In this document: piece by piece, positions 52,186 to 60,949 of the stretch
Layout of the letters: each line of letters begins with the position of its first letter
Position numbering within the stretch: position 1 is the stretch's first letter
From: Candidatus Uhrbacteria bacterium RIFOXYB12_FULL_58_10
GTDB lineage: Bacteria > Patescibacteriota > Patescibacteriia > UBA9934 > GWF2-40-263
Reading direction: 5' to 3'
NCBI GenBank assembly: GCA_001791645.1
Contig: MGFA01000019.1
Coordinates: forward strand, 29,774 to 93,773
DNA length: 64,000 bases
Position numbers and translations under genes: made by a program
The notes under the pieces: generated by a model
What the model was told of the DNA's origin: nothing
What the model saw: the letters and a program-made list of their open reading frames with translations, nothing else
The model's database searches: none

Positions 52186-52680
52186 TTATTTCAAGAGAAG
52201 ATAATGCAAGAGAACGGAGGAATCACCAAGCTTCGTCGTTTCTAACAACTTCAGATTAATCCGAGCCCCATTGCGGAACAACGGCACGCCGTCTCCGAAC
52301 AGCACGGGCTCCACGGTCAGGAATAACTCATCCACGAGACCGACCGACAAAAATGCGTCGTAGATCGCCGCACCGCCGCAAAGCGCCATCCGCGTCACCC
52401 CCTCGCGCTCAAGCCGCGCAACGAGATCCGCGGGCGGCTCGCTCGTCCATTCGACCCCCTCGATCCCCGTCCTTGAACTCATCACGATCGTCCGTCGATC
52501 TTTCAGCGGCTTGCCGATCGTCCCAAAGGTCTTACGTCCCATGACCACCGTCCCGATCTCCTTTGTCTTCGAAATAAAAAATCGCGTGTCTTCCCTGCTC
52601 GTCCAGTCGAGCGAGGACTGTTCCGCGCTCTGAGCAATCTTTCCGTCCGCGCTTACGGCGGCGATGAGGGACACGATCAT
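52186..52680 (-). CDS. Dihydrofolate reductase
   Basis: IAAVSADGKI, W.S.ED..FF, VMGRKTF, PLKDR, CGGA.IY. Confidence 0.88.
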   Translation of the reverse strand: MIVSLIAAVSADGKIAQSAEQSSLDWTSREDTRFFISKTKEIGTVVMGRKTFGTIGKPLKDRRTIVMSSRTGIEGVEWTSEPPADLVARLEREGVTRMALCGGAAIYDAFLSVGLVDELFLTVEPVLFGDGVPLFRNGARINLKLLETTKLGDSSVLLHYLLLK

Positions 52681-53510
52681 ATGGCGATTTGCACTTTTTT
52701 CATAGGGGTTCCGGGAACGTACTGGGATTGAAACATCTCGACGAGCTCGCTGACGAGCGTTGGGTCGGCGTCGAGCGCGCGCTGGAAGGAACGCTCCGGA
52801 AGGCGGCACTCGATCTCGGCGTGCGGCGCGACCTCCCGCGCGAGGATGTCCTCGACCGCGTCGAACTGATTCTCGTAGATATGCGCGTGCGAGATGGACA
52901 CCGTAAGCTTGCCCACTGCGGTCCCGAGTTCCTGTGCGAGCATGGCCTGCAGGAGCGCGAAGTCAGCGACGTCGTTCGGGTTGCCGAGCACCATGTCGTT
53001 TGAACGCACGACGAGATGGAGGTTGAACTTCCCGCCGATGATGTTCGCCGTCCAGGTGAACGGACATGGGACGTTTTTCTTTTTTGGCGCGCGCAGCCCG
53101 TCGGTCGCTGGGTCCCACATCACCACCACGCCCTGCCGGCTCGACGGCTCCTCGCGCAGATGCTCGACGAGATCGACCAGCTGATCCCGGCCGAAGTGGT
53201 GGCGCCAACGATAGCCATACGCGGTTTCGACCGTCCCGTCCTCTTCCAAAAAGCCGTCCCAGCCCTTGGTGAACTGCTGAAGGAAGCCTGCATGCTTGTG
53301 TCCGGCCACGAACCAAACCGTTTCCGCGCAAAAAAACTTTGGGAACATCTTTCGGACGGTAAGAAGAGGAAACCCCTGCGCCGGATGAATCTCATAGGTC
53401 ATTCCCGGAATCGCTTTGGTCGAAAACCCCGTCCGTTCGCTCCGAACAGTCTCCCCTTCCCGGTAGATCCGGCCAAGAGCGTCCAGATAGAGACGGTCAA
53501 ACATAGTCAT
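52677..53510 (-). CDS. Thymidylate synthase homolog, predicted dCMP-specific (Asn177-equivalent is Asp)
   Basis: RTG, FPLLT.RK, E..WF, YGYRW, SRQ, PC, RSND, HIYENQ motifs; LGNPND instead of LGxPFN. Confidence 0.9.
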   Translation of the reverse strand: MTMFDRLYLDALGRIYREGETVRSERTGFSTKAIPGMTYEIHPAQGFPLLTVRKMFPKFFCAETVWFVAGHKHAGFLQQFTKGWDGFLEEDGTVETAYGYRWRHHFGRDQLVDLVEHLREEPSSRQGVVVMWDPATDGLRAPKKKNVPCPFTWTANIIGGKFNLHLVVRSNDMVLGNPNDVADFALLQAMLAQELGTAVGKLTVSISHAHIYENQFDAVEDILAREVAPHAEIECRLPERSFQRALDADPTLVSELVEMFQSQYVPGTPMKKVQIAI

Positions 53511-53579
53511 AACTCCCTCATCCTATCAGACAACTACCCTGTTTCCAAACGTTCAATTATGGGCTAAGATGCGTTCATT

Positions 53580-54014
53580 ATGAACATCCCTGTGGATATT
53601 ACCAAGGTTCATCCGGACGCGAAAATACCCGAATACAAAACGTCCGGAGCGTGCGCGTTCGATTTGGCTCCAGTCGAGGACGCGGTCATTCAACCAGGTG
53701 AAATCAAAGGGCTGCGAAGCGGCCTGGTCATCAAGGTTCCGGAGGGATTCGTGCTTCTCATTGTCTCCCGCTCATCAACGCCTAAAAAATACAAACTGAC
53801 TATCCCCCAGGCGGTCGGGATCGTTGACAATGACTTTTGTGGGCCGACGGACGAACTGCTTCTCGTTCTCCATAACTTTGGGACGGAACCTGTCGAAATA
53901 AAAAAAGGCCGGCGTTTGTGCCAGGGACTCTTCGTTCCGGTTGCGATCGCTCAGTTTCAGGAGACAGCTGGCCATGACGCTCCGAACCGAGGCGGATGGG
54001 GATCCACCGGCTAA
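53580..54014 (+). CDS. dut: dUTPase
   Basis: AFDL, SRSS, GIVDNDFCG, CQG, RGGWGSTG. Confidence 0.92.
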   Translation: MNIPVDITKVHPDAKIPEYKTSGACAFDLAPVEDAVIQPGEIKGLRSGLVIKVPEGFVLLIVSRSSTPKKYKLTIPQAVGIVDNDFCGPTDELLLVLHNFGTEPVEIKKGRRLCQGLFVPVAIAQFQETAGHDAPNRGGWGSTG

Positions 54015-54033
54015 ATCGTGTTATAATCGGGCT

Positions 54034-54756
54034 ATGGAACGGCCTGGACGGTTTATCATGATCGACGGGATCGCCGGCAGTGGAAAGTCCACTTTGCTTC
54101 GGGCCGCCCAGGAATGGGCGCGTTTGTGCGAACACCGCGTGTTTGACCTCGGCGCATGGTCCAAGGAACACGCCGAGCCGCCGCGCTTCGAGGAGATCGC
54201 GGACTATGACGCGTACTTTACCTTCGAGCCGACGCGACAATGGGTCGGCTCCGCGATCCGGTTCGAGATGTCACGCACGGACGCGCCGTATTCCGGAACG
54301 TCGCTCGCGCACGCCTTCGCGCTCGACCGAGAGATCATGTACAAACGTCTGATTCTGCCCGCGCTCGACGCAGGAAAAACCGTCATCCAGGATCGTGGCG
54401 TGAGCACGTCCATCGCGTACCAGCCGATCATGCAGAACGGACTCGCGCTCGAGGACCTGGTCGCGCTTCCAGGAAATGCGCTGGCGCTCAAGCATGCCCC
54501 AGGACATCTCATTCTCACCAGACTCGATCCGGCCGTAGCAATCGAGCGCGTCAAGATGCGCGACGAGGAATCCAAGGGGGTATTCGCGGATCTCGACTTT
54601 CTCCGAAGGGTGGACGAGCGCTTCCGGTCCGACTGGTTCCAGGAAATGTTCCGCACTCAAAACACGATCTTCCACGAGCTTCCGACCGACGCGCCGCTCG
54701 ATGCGACCGTGGAACGCGCCCAACGATTGATTTCAACCATTTTGACCTCTTGCTAA
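54034..54756 (+). CDS. tmk: Thymidylate kinase
   Basis: IDGIAGSGKST P-loop, FEPT, DRG..TSIAYQ. Confidence 0.88.
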   Translation: MERPGRFIMIDGIAGSGKSTLLRAAQEWARLCEHRVFDLGAWSKEHAEPPRFEEIADYDAYFTFEPTRQWVGSAIRFEMSRTDAPYSGTSLAHAFALDREIMYKRLILPALDAGKTVIQDRGVSTSIAYQPIMQNGLALEDLVALPGNALALKHAPGHLILTRLDPAVAIERVKMRDEESKGVFADLDFLRRVDERFRSDWFQEMFRTQNTIFHELPTDAPLDATVERAQRLISTILTSC

Positions 54757-54758
54757 AT

Positions 54759-55625
54759 ATGCCCATCCTTACCATCGGCGAACTCATCGACCGCTCCTGG
54801 GAGCATTATCGCCGTGAGTTCGTTGATCTCATGAGCGTCTCCGGTTGGATCCTAGTCGTGGCGATCGTAAACATCATCGCGCTCGCGGCCTATCCGTCCG
54901 CGTCAACCCTGCTCGGCGACACCGCGTTAACTTCCATGGAAGCGTTCGGCGTTGGTCTCTACGCGTTCGCGAACTGGATCTTGGCGCCGCTCATCGGCCT
55001 GTGGGTTTTCATCGTGCTCGTTCGCCTGGTACGCAGCCAGCTTTCCGGACGGCGAGGAGCCGTACGCGAGGCCATGGCGGACGGCACACATCTCTTTTTT
55101 CCAACCATGCTCGTTTCCGCGCTCGTTCTCCTGATCATGGCCGGAACGGTCGTCATCGCGTTCGGACCATCGGCATTACTCTCACTTGCCGGCACGGTGA
55201 TGGGAACTGAGATACTCTTTGTGCTCGCAAGCGTCGCACTCATTATCGGCGTGATCACTGCCATCCTGCTCGGATTCCGATGGTCCGTGCGCTACTACTT
55301 CGCGCCATTTGCCCTTCTCATTGACGATATACGCGGACGATCGACGCTTCCAGCGAGCCGAGCGATTACCGAGGGACGCTTCCTCGAAGTTCTTCTGCGT
55401 CTGGTTGTCCCGAAGCTTGTCTTTATCCTGCTTGGCATCATGGCCACGGCAGTCGTAATTTTTATCTTCTCGCTTGCCACCGGCATCGTTTCCGGACTGA
55501 ACTTTGACGTCCAACTGCGGCTTTCGACCATCTCGACCACGGTCCTATCGACGATCGTCGCGACCCTGCTTAACCCCATAATCATCATCGCCGACGTCAT
55601 GCTGTACCAATCGCTCAAACGCTAG
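54759..55625 (+). CDS. Multi-TM membrane protein (paralog of next gene)
   Basis: I..SW..YR start; about 6 TM; L..SR....GRF. Confidence 0.7.
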   Translation: MPILTIGELIDRSWEHYRREFVDLMSVSGWILVVAIVNIIALAAYPSASTLLGDTALTSMEAFGVGLYAFANWILAPLIGLWVFIVLVRLVRSQLSGRRGAVREAMADGTHLFFPTMLVSALVLLIMAGTVVIAFGPSALLSLAGTVMGTEILFVLASVALIIGVITAILLGFRWSVRYYFAPFALLIDDIRGRSTLPASRAITEGRFLEVLLRLVVPKLVFILLGIMATAVVIFIFSLATGIVSGLNFDVQLRLSTISTTVLSTIVATLLNPIIIIADVMLYQSLKR

Positions 55626-55629
55626 AACT

Positions 55630-56334
55630 ATGGTACGCGCCCTAGACATCCTGCGAAATTCTTGGAGATTGTATCGTGCGAACGGGCCGTTGATCGTTGG
55701 ATACGCGGCATGGCTTCTGTTGACCGCGGCCGCGTTCGTTCTCACGAGTTTCGTCCAGCATGAGGGTGCACGACAGCTGCTCCTGCTTGCCGTCCAAATC
55801 GTCGACGTCATGCTTTGGATGTGGGTCGGGATCATGGTGACCCTGATCACGATCGACGCGAACGCGGGCAAACAACCTGGTTCCGCGCGTCTTCCAAACG
55901 ACGCGTGGACGCTCATTGTCCCATTCGCGTGGGCGACCGTCTTGCAAGGACTCGTGGTGCTCGGCGGCCTGCTGCTATTTTTGGTTCCGGGATGCATTTT
56001 CATGGTGTGGTTCGCATTCGCCCAACAGGCGGTCGTCATCGACAAAAAACGCGGTCTCGATGCCCTGACGCAAAGCCGCGCGCTCTGCCGAGGTCGGTTT
56101 TTTGCCGTAACATGGTATCTGTTCGTCGGCCCGTTCCTCGTCATGCTCGTCTACTTGCTCGTGCTCGCCATGGTCTTCGCGGCCGTGGCCGCGCTAACGG
56201 GGACGCATATCGACGTGCTGTTCGGGGACCAGCCGCCTCTCTGGATGGACATCACGGCATCCGTCGGAGAAATTTTCCTCATGCCGCTCATTTACGTGTA
56301 TTGGACCCTGACCTATCTGGAACTGAAAAAATAA
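55630..56334 (+). CDS. Multi-TM membrane protein
   Basis: LRNSWRLYR, LFLVPG..F.VWF.FA, ALTQSRALCRGRF, Y.EL end. Confidence 0.72.
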   Translation: MVRALDILRNSWRLYRANGPLIVGYAAWLLLTAAAFVLTSFVQHEGARQLLLLAVQIVDVMLWMWVGIMVTLITIDANAGKQPGSARLPNDAWTLIVPFAWATVLQGLVVLGGLLLFLVPGCIFMVWFAFAQQAVVIDKKRGLDALTQSRALCRGRFFAVTWYLFVGPFLVMLVYLLVLAMVFAAVAALTGTHIDVLFGDQPPLWMDITASVGEIFLMPLIYVYWTLTYLELKK

Positions 56335-56341
56335 GGATCAT

Positions 56342-57838
56342 ATGCTCGAATCCGTCATCGGACTTGAAATCCACCTGCAGTTGAAGACGAAAACAAAAAT
56401 GTTTTGCGGATGTGCCACGCATGACAGCGCGGTCACGCCAAACCAGAACGTGTGTCCCGTTTGCACGGGACAGCCGGGTTCCCTGCCCGTTCCCAACGAA
56501 CAGGCAATTCGGTTCGGCATTCGCATGGGGCTTGCCCTTCACTGCCGCATCGCGGAGGCGTCCAAGTTCGACCGAAAGAATTATTTCTATCCTGACCTCC
56601 CGAAAGGATACCAGATCTCGCAATATGACCAGCCGATCGCCTCGGACGGTTTTCTGACGCTTGGGGAAAAGCGCATCGGGATTACGCGGGCGCACCTTGA
56701 GGAGGACGCCGCGAAAAATCTGCACGGAGCCGACGGAAAAACGTACGTGGACTTCAATCGCGCCGGCACGCCCCTTCTTGAAATCGTGACGGAGCCGGAC
56801 TTTGCCTCGCCGCAAGACGCCAAGGCGTTCATGCAAGAATTGCGTCTGATCGCCCGTTACCTCGGCGTGTCTGACGCGGACATGGAAAAAGGCCATATGC
56901 GCTGTGACGCGAATATCAGCTTGCGTGAGCGCGACGCACAGGGCGGCATTGTCGGCATGGAGTTGCACCCGAAAACCGAAGTGAAAAACATTAATTCCTT
57001 CCGAAACGTCGAACGCGCCCTTCAACATGAGATCAAACGTCAAACGGAACTCTGGAACGCGGGATCTCCCCCTTCGGTCTCGACGACGCGCGGATGGGAC
57101 GACGCGACCCAAACGACCAAGGAGCAGCGCGACAAGGAAGGCGAAGGCGACTATCGGTATTTCCCGGAGCCGGACATTCCCGTCCTCGCGCTTACCGACA
57201 TGGCAGAGCGAGAACGCTCGCGCATGCCCGAACTCCCCGCCGCGAAGCGCGCACGGTTCGCGGACGAATACGGCCTTCGAGCCGAGGACGCGCGTCAAAT
57301 CTGCGACGACCCGGCACTTGCGGACTTCACGGAGAACGTCTTCTCGGAACTCCAGGCATGGCTCGAGTCACAAACCGACCTCGACGCGGAGGGCGCGATC
57401 GCGGAACGACGGCGTCTCGCCAACTTGGTGTCCGGCTGGCTGCTCTCGAAGCTTGGCGGTCTCATGGCCGAACGGACCATCGACATCCGAACCTGCAAGA
57501 TCAATCCGGAAAACTTCGCGGAATTCATTACGCTGATCGCGTCGCGCAAGTTGAATTCCTCGGCGGGACTGGTCGTACTCGGAACAATGCTCGACGACGG
57601 ATCCGATCCGTCGCATATCATGGAAGACAAGCGCCTCGGGGCCATTGAGGACGAAGGCGCGATCGCGGAAATCATCGAACGCGTGATCGAAAATAACGCC
57701 GACATGGTTGAGCGTTATCGCGGGGGAAAAACGGAATTGCTCCAGGTGCTCATCGGCCAGGCCATGAAGGAATCCGAGGGCACGGTGGACGCGAAGATCG
57801 CACGCAACATGCTGCTCGTCAGGCTCGAAAACGCGTAA
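56342..57838 (+). CDS. gatB: Asp/Glu-tRNA amidotransferase subunit B
   Basis: IGLEIH, RKNYFYPDLPKGYQISQ, EED, CDAN, YRYFPEPD. Confidence 0.97.
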   Translation: MLESVIGLEIHLQLKTKTKMFCGCATHDSAVTPNQNVCPVCTGQPGSLPVPNEQAIRFGIRMGLALHCRIAEASKFDRKNYFYPDLPKGYQISQYDQPIASDGFLTLGEKRIGITRAHLEEDAAKNLHGADGKTYVDFNRAGTPLLEIVTEPDFASPQDAKAFMQELRLIARYLGVSDADMEKGHMRCDANISLRERDAQGGIVGMELHPKTEVKNINSFRNVERALQHEIKRQTELWNAGSPPSVSTTRGWDDATQTTKEQRDKEGEGDYRYFPEPDIPVLALTDMAERERSRMPELPAAKRARFADEYGLRAEDARQICDDPALADFTENVFSELQAWLESQTDLDAEGAIAERRRLANLVSGWLLSKLGGLMAERTIDIRTCKINPENFAEFITLIASRKLNSSAGLVVLGTMLDDGSDPSHIMEDKRLGAIEDEGAIAEIIERVIENNADMVERYRGGKTELLQVLIGQAMKESEGTVDAKIARNMLLVRLENA

Positions 57839-58808
57839 CCAAATCGAAAGCCTCTTCCGACGACCGGATCCAACGGATCCGGTCGTCGCGTTTGAACCAG
57901 GTCATCTGGCGCTTCGCGTAGGTCCGGGTGGCCTTTTTGATTTCCTCGATGGCGTCGGCGAGCGAAATAAGCTGCATGGGGCCCTGATCCTCCGCACCCA
58001 TGCGGCTCTTAGACGCTAGCCACCGGCAAATCTGTCGGTACCCGATGCCAGTCATGGCCTCGCTCGCGCAGCCGTAGCGGTCGCGCAGCCCACGTACTTC
58101 GTTGACGAGCCCCATGGCGACCATTTCGTCGACGCGCAGATTGATCCGTTCGTTCAACGTGTCCCGCTCGACGGCGATTCCGAGTTCGAGCACGTCATAC
58201 CTTCCGTTCCCACGTTGAACCTGTTGAGAAAACGGCTTGTTCGTCGAAAGCGTCACTTCGAGGGCGCGCACCACGCGGCGCTTATTTTGCCGGTCAATGA
58301 GTTCCGCGCCGTCCGGATCGAGCCGCTTGTATTCGGCGAACAGGTCATCAGGCGAACGGGTCTCCAGTTTTGCGCGCAACTCCCTGTTTGGTGGCGTCTC
58401 GGTCAGGCTCAGGTTATCGACAACCGCGCGCACCCACAAGCCCGTGCCACCTACCAAAATGGGCAGACTGCCACGCCGCTCAATTTCCTTTATTTTCTCG
58501 TCCGCGTATTTCTTAAAATCCGCCACGTTGTACTCCATGTCCGGCTCGACAAGATCGATTCCCCAATGCGGCACGCCGTCCACCATAAGCGCCATTGGCA
58601 ATCCGTGGCCAAGCTGCCATTTTTCACCTTGCATTTTCCATTCCCCATTGGGCTTCGCCGTCCCAATGTCCATCCCCTTGTACACGAGCCGCGAGTCAAC
58701 CGAAATCACCTCGCCGTCGAACCGTTTGGCGAGATCAATGCCGAGCTGTGTCTTGCCGCTCGCCGTAGAGCCTACGACAACGACGATTTTTGTCCGTCGA
58801 GAATCCAT
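57819..58808 (-). CDS. miaA: tRNA dimethylallyltransferase
   Basis: GSTASGKT, DSR.VY..MDIGTAKP, VGGTGL, IGY, YAKRQMTWF. Confidence 0.95.
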   Translation of the reverse strand: MDSRRTKIVVVVGSTASGKTQLGIDLAKRFDGEVISVDSRLVYKGMDIGTAKPNGEWKMQGEKWQLGHGLPMALMVDGVPHWGIDLVEPDMEYNVADFKKYADEKIKEIERRGSLPILVGGTGLWVRAVVDNLSLTETPPNRELRAKLETRSPDDLFAEYKRLDPDGAELIDRQNKRRVVRALEVTLSTNKPFSQQVQRGNGRYDVLELGIAVERDTLNERINLRVDEMVAMGLVNEVRGLRDRYGCASEAMTGIGYRQICRWLASKSRMGAEDQGPMQLISLADAIEEIKKATRTYAKRQMTWFKRDDRIRWIRSSEEAFDLVTRFRA

Positions 58809-60169
58809 TTTTCTGCTTTCTCAATCTTAACATCCACGACCTGTCCCACCAACTCCTTGCCGCCCGGAAAGCGTACGAGTTTCATTTCGCGCGAATTGCC
58901 AAGACAGGTTCCCGGAAGCCTGGCCAAATTCTCGATGATATTTCCCGGCATGGCAAGCATCTCGTCCGTTGGCGCGGGCGACTCATGGCGTTCCACAAGC
59001 ACGCTGACCGTCTTTCCGACGTACGCCTGGTTCTTTTCGTACACGATGCGCTCCTGGATCTCCTGCAAATGTCGCCAACGCCATTTCTTCTCGTCGCGAT
59101 CGACGTCGTCCTTGAACGCGCGCGCGGCTGCCGTCCCGGAACGGGTCGAGTATCGCGCCGTATACGAGATATCGAACCGCGCGCGCTCGTAAAGCTCGGC
59201 GGTTTTCAAATACTGCCCGCGCGTTTCCCCGCAAAATCCGACGATGATATCCGTGCCAATCGCGATATCCGGAATCCGCGCGCGCAGGCGATCAACAACG
59301 TCAAGAAATTGCGCGGCCGTGTGTCGACGATTCATGCGCCGCAGTACCTCATCGTCGCCGGCTTGGACCGGAAGGTGAATGTAATTGAGATGCGCCGGAA
59401 GCGTCATGGCGTCAATCACCTCGTCGGTCATGTGCAACGGATGCGGCGCCGTGAAATGAAGACGCGTGATTCCCTTGACCTGGTTCACCTCCCATAGGAG
59501 CGCGGCAAAGTGGTCCGCGTATGGATTGCCGGACGAAAACTGCGACGGGTCCGTTGCGCGGAACGAATTGACGGTCTGGCCGAGCAGCGTCACTTCCGCG
59601 CATCCGTGCGCCGCGAGATCGCGCACTTCTCCCATGATGTCCGCCACCGGCCGGTTCTTCTCAAGCCCGCGCGCGAACGGCACCACGCAGTAGGTGCAGA
59701 ACTTGTTGCAGCCCGTCTGAATGGTCACGAATCCCTGGCGGAACGTTCGCCGTTCCGGGATGACCTTAAGGTAGTCCTCGCCGATATCGGAACCGTTCAC
59801 GAGCTCCGGCCGAATCTCCGCGATCCACCGTGGAAGCTGTACCACGTCCGCTGTCGGAAAATACAAATCCGCCGTTTGCATCTTCTTGCGAATCGCGCCG
59901 TCGCGGTCGCGCCCTGGCAGGCACCCGGTCACGCCGACGATGAGCTCCGGACGCGTTTCCTTGAGCGCGGCAAACTCCTTGAGGAATCCGAACACGCGGT
60001 CCTCAGCGCTTTGCCGGACCGAACAGGTATTGATGAGAATCAGGTCCGCTTCCTCTCGCACGTCGGTCGATACGAAACCGACGCCCGCCAAAATGGCGTC
60101 CATGCGCTCGGAATCATTCTTATTCATCTGGCAGCCGAGCGTGATCAGGTGATATTTCGGTGTCGCCAT
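58772..60169 (-). CDS. miaB: tRNA methylthiotransferase
   Basis: TLGCQMN, NTCSVR, GCNKFCTYC, HLPVQAG, DIIVGF, TRAM domain. Confidence 0.93.
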   Translation of the reverse strand: MATPKYHLITLGCQMNKNDSERMDAILAGVGFVSTDVREEADLILINTCSVRQSAEDRVFGFLKEFAALKETRPELIVGVTGCLPGRDRDGAIRKKMQTADLYFPTADVVQLPRWIAEIRPELVNGSDIGEDYLKVIPERRTFRQGFVTIQTGCNKFCTYCVVPFARGLEKNRPVADIMGEVRDLAAHGCAEVTLLGQTVNSFRATDPSQFSSGNPYADHFAALLWEVNQVKGITRLHFTAPHPLHMTDEVIDAMTLPAHLNYIHLPVQAGDDEVLRRMNRRHTAAQFLDVVDRLRARIPDIAIGTDIIVGFCGETRGQYLKTAELYERARFDISYTARYSTRSGTAAARAFKDDVDRDEKKWRWRHLQEIQERIVYEKNQAYVGKTVSVLVERHESPAPTDEMLAMPGNIIENLARLPGTCLGNSREMKLVRFPGGKELVGQVVDVKIEKAEKWILDGQKSSLS

Positions 60170-60223
60170 AGCGCCGCCACCCTACCAAACCAACGGCTTC
60201 ATGGCAATAAAAAATCCGGCTCG

Positions 60224-60811
60224 CTACTTGCGAAACCGGTCGAAGAGCCTGGGTGATCTGGGAGGAGGAACGGGCGGCGCTGAAACGGGCGGCTGTTTGC
60301 GTCCGGCGACGAGGACGTTCCCCTCCACGAGACAGGTGGCAAACACCGCGCACAGGTAGGAGCAACGCGCGTCATGCAGAAACGCGCTGCGATTGGCGTA
60401 TGCCGTATGGAGCGCGCGCTCGAACTCGGCCAGCGGACCGTCCGTCCAGGCCTCGCTGGCTCGCCGGCCGGCACGAAGCGCGAGATTGCGCGTCGGCTTG
60501 AGTTTGCGGCAAACGTAGGCGTCGTTTTCGTCCTCCGACCGCGTCATGCGCACCAGGACTTCCGCGCGAATGCGCCGGCAGGCGCTCGCGTCCCAGAAGG
60601 CCGCGCTGCGAGCCGCGAGCAGATGCCGGAGCATCAGCTCCGCGTCCGCGCGCTGAAGCGGCATGCGCTCGCCGACATGGGTTGGCGTTGACAGCTCGGA
60701 AAAGAGCGAGCCGATATTCGTCTTCCACGAATCCGACGCCGGCTCTTCGCCCAGCCGCGTTCCATCGTCGAGCACATGGCCCGACCCGAACTCGATAACT
60801 TGACCTCCCAT
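60224..60811 (-). CDS. Orphan protein
   Basis: GGAGGAG RBS before ATG 60811; Pro-rich tail. Confidence 0.5.
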   Translation of the reverse strand: MGGQVIEFGSGHVLDDGTRLGEEPASDSWKTNIGSLFSELSTPTHVGERMPLQRADAELMLRHLLAARSAAFWDASACRRIRAEVLVRMTRSEDENDAYVCRKLKPTRNLALRAGRRASEAWTDGPLAEFERALHTAYANRSAFLHDARCSYLCAVFATCLVEGNVLVAGRKQPPVSAPPVPPPRSPRLFDRFRK

Positions 60812-60949
60812 CGACTCCTCCATCCCCGCCCACCGGTTCATTGGGATAACCACCCTAACCGATCCGTGCCGTTTCGTCAAGGTTCGATAGCGCTCCATTG
60901 GGTTCAAAAACATTTTGTGATATAATTTATCGTGATTAATCGCAATCCT

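Noticed and set aside
50408-54756. Phage-derived DNA hypermodification island
   Set aside because: No phage polymerase, glycosyltransferase or mobility genes adjacent, and a linked deaminase plus Tmk favours dTMP supply; kept only as an alternative
56342-57838. gatB without gatA/gatC, and gyrB without gyrA
   Set aside because: Split operons are common in reduced genomes; partners may lie outside the window
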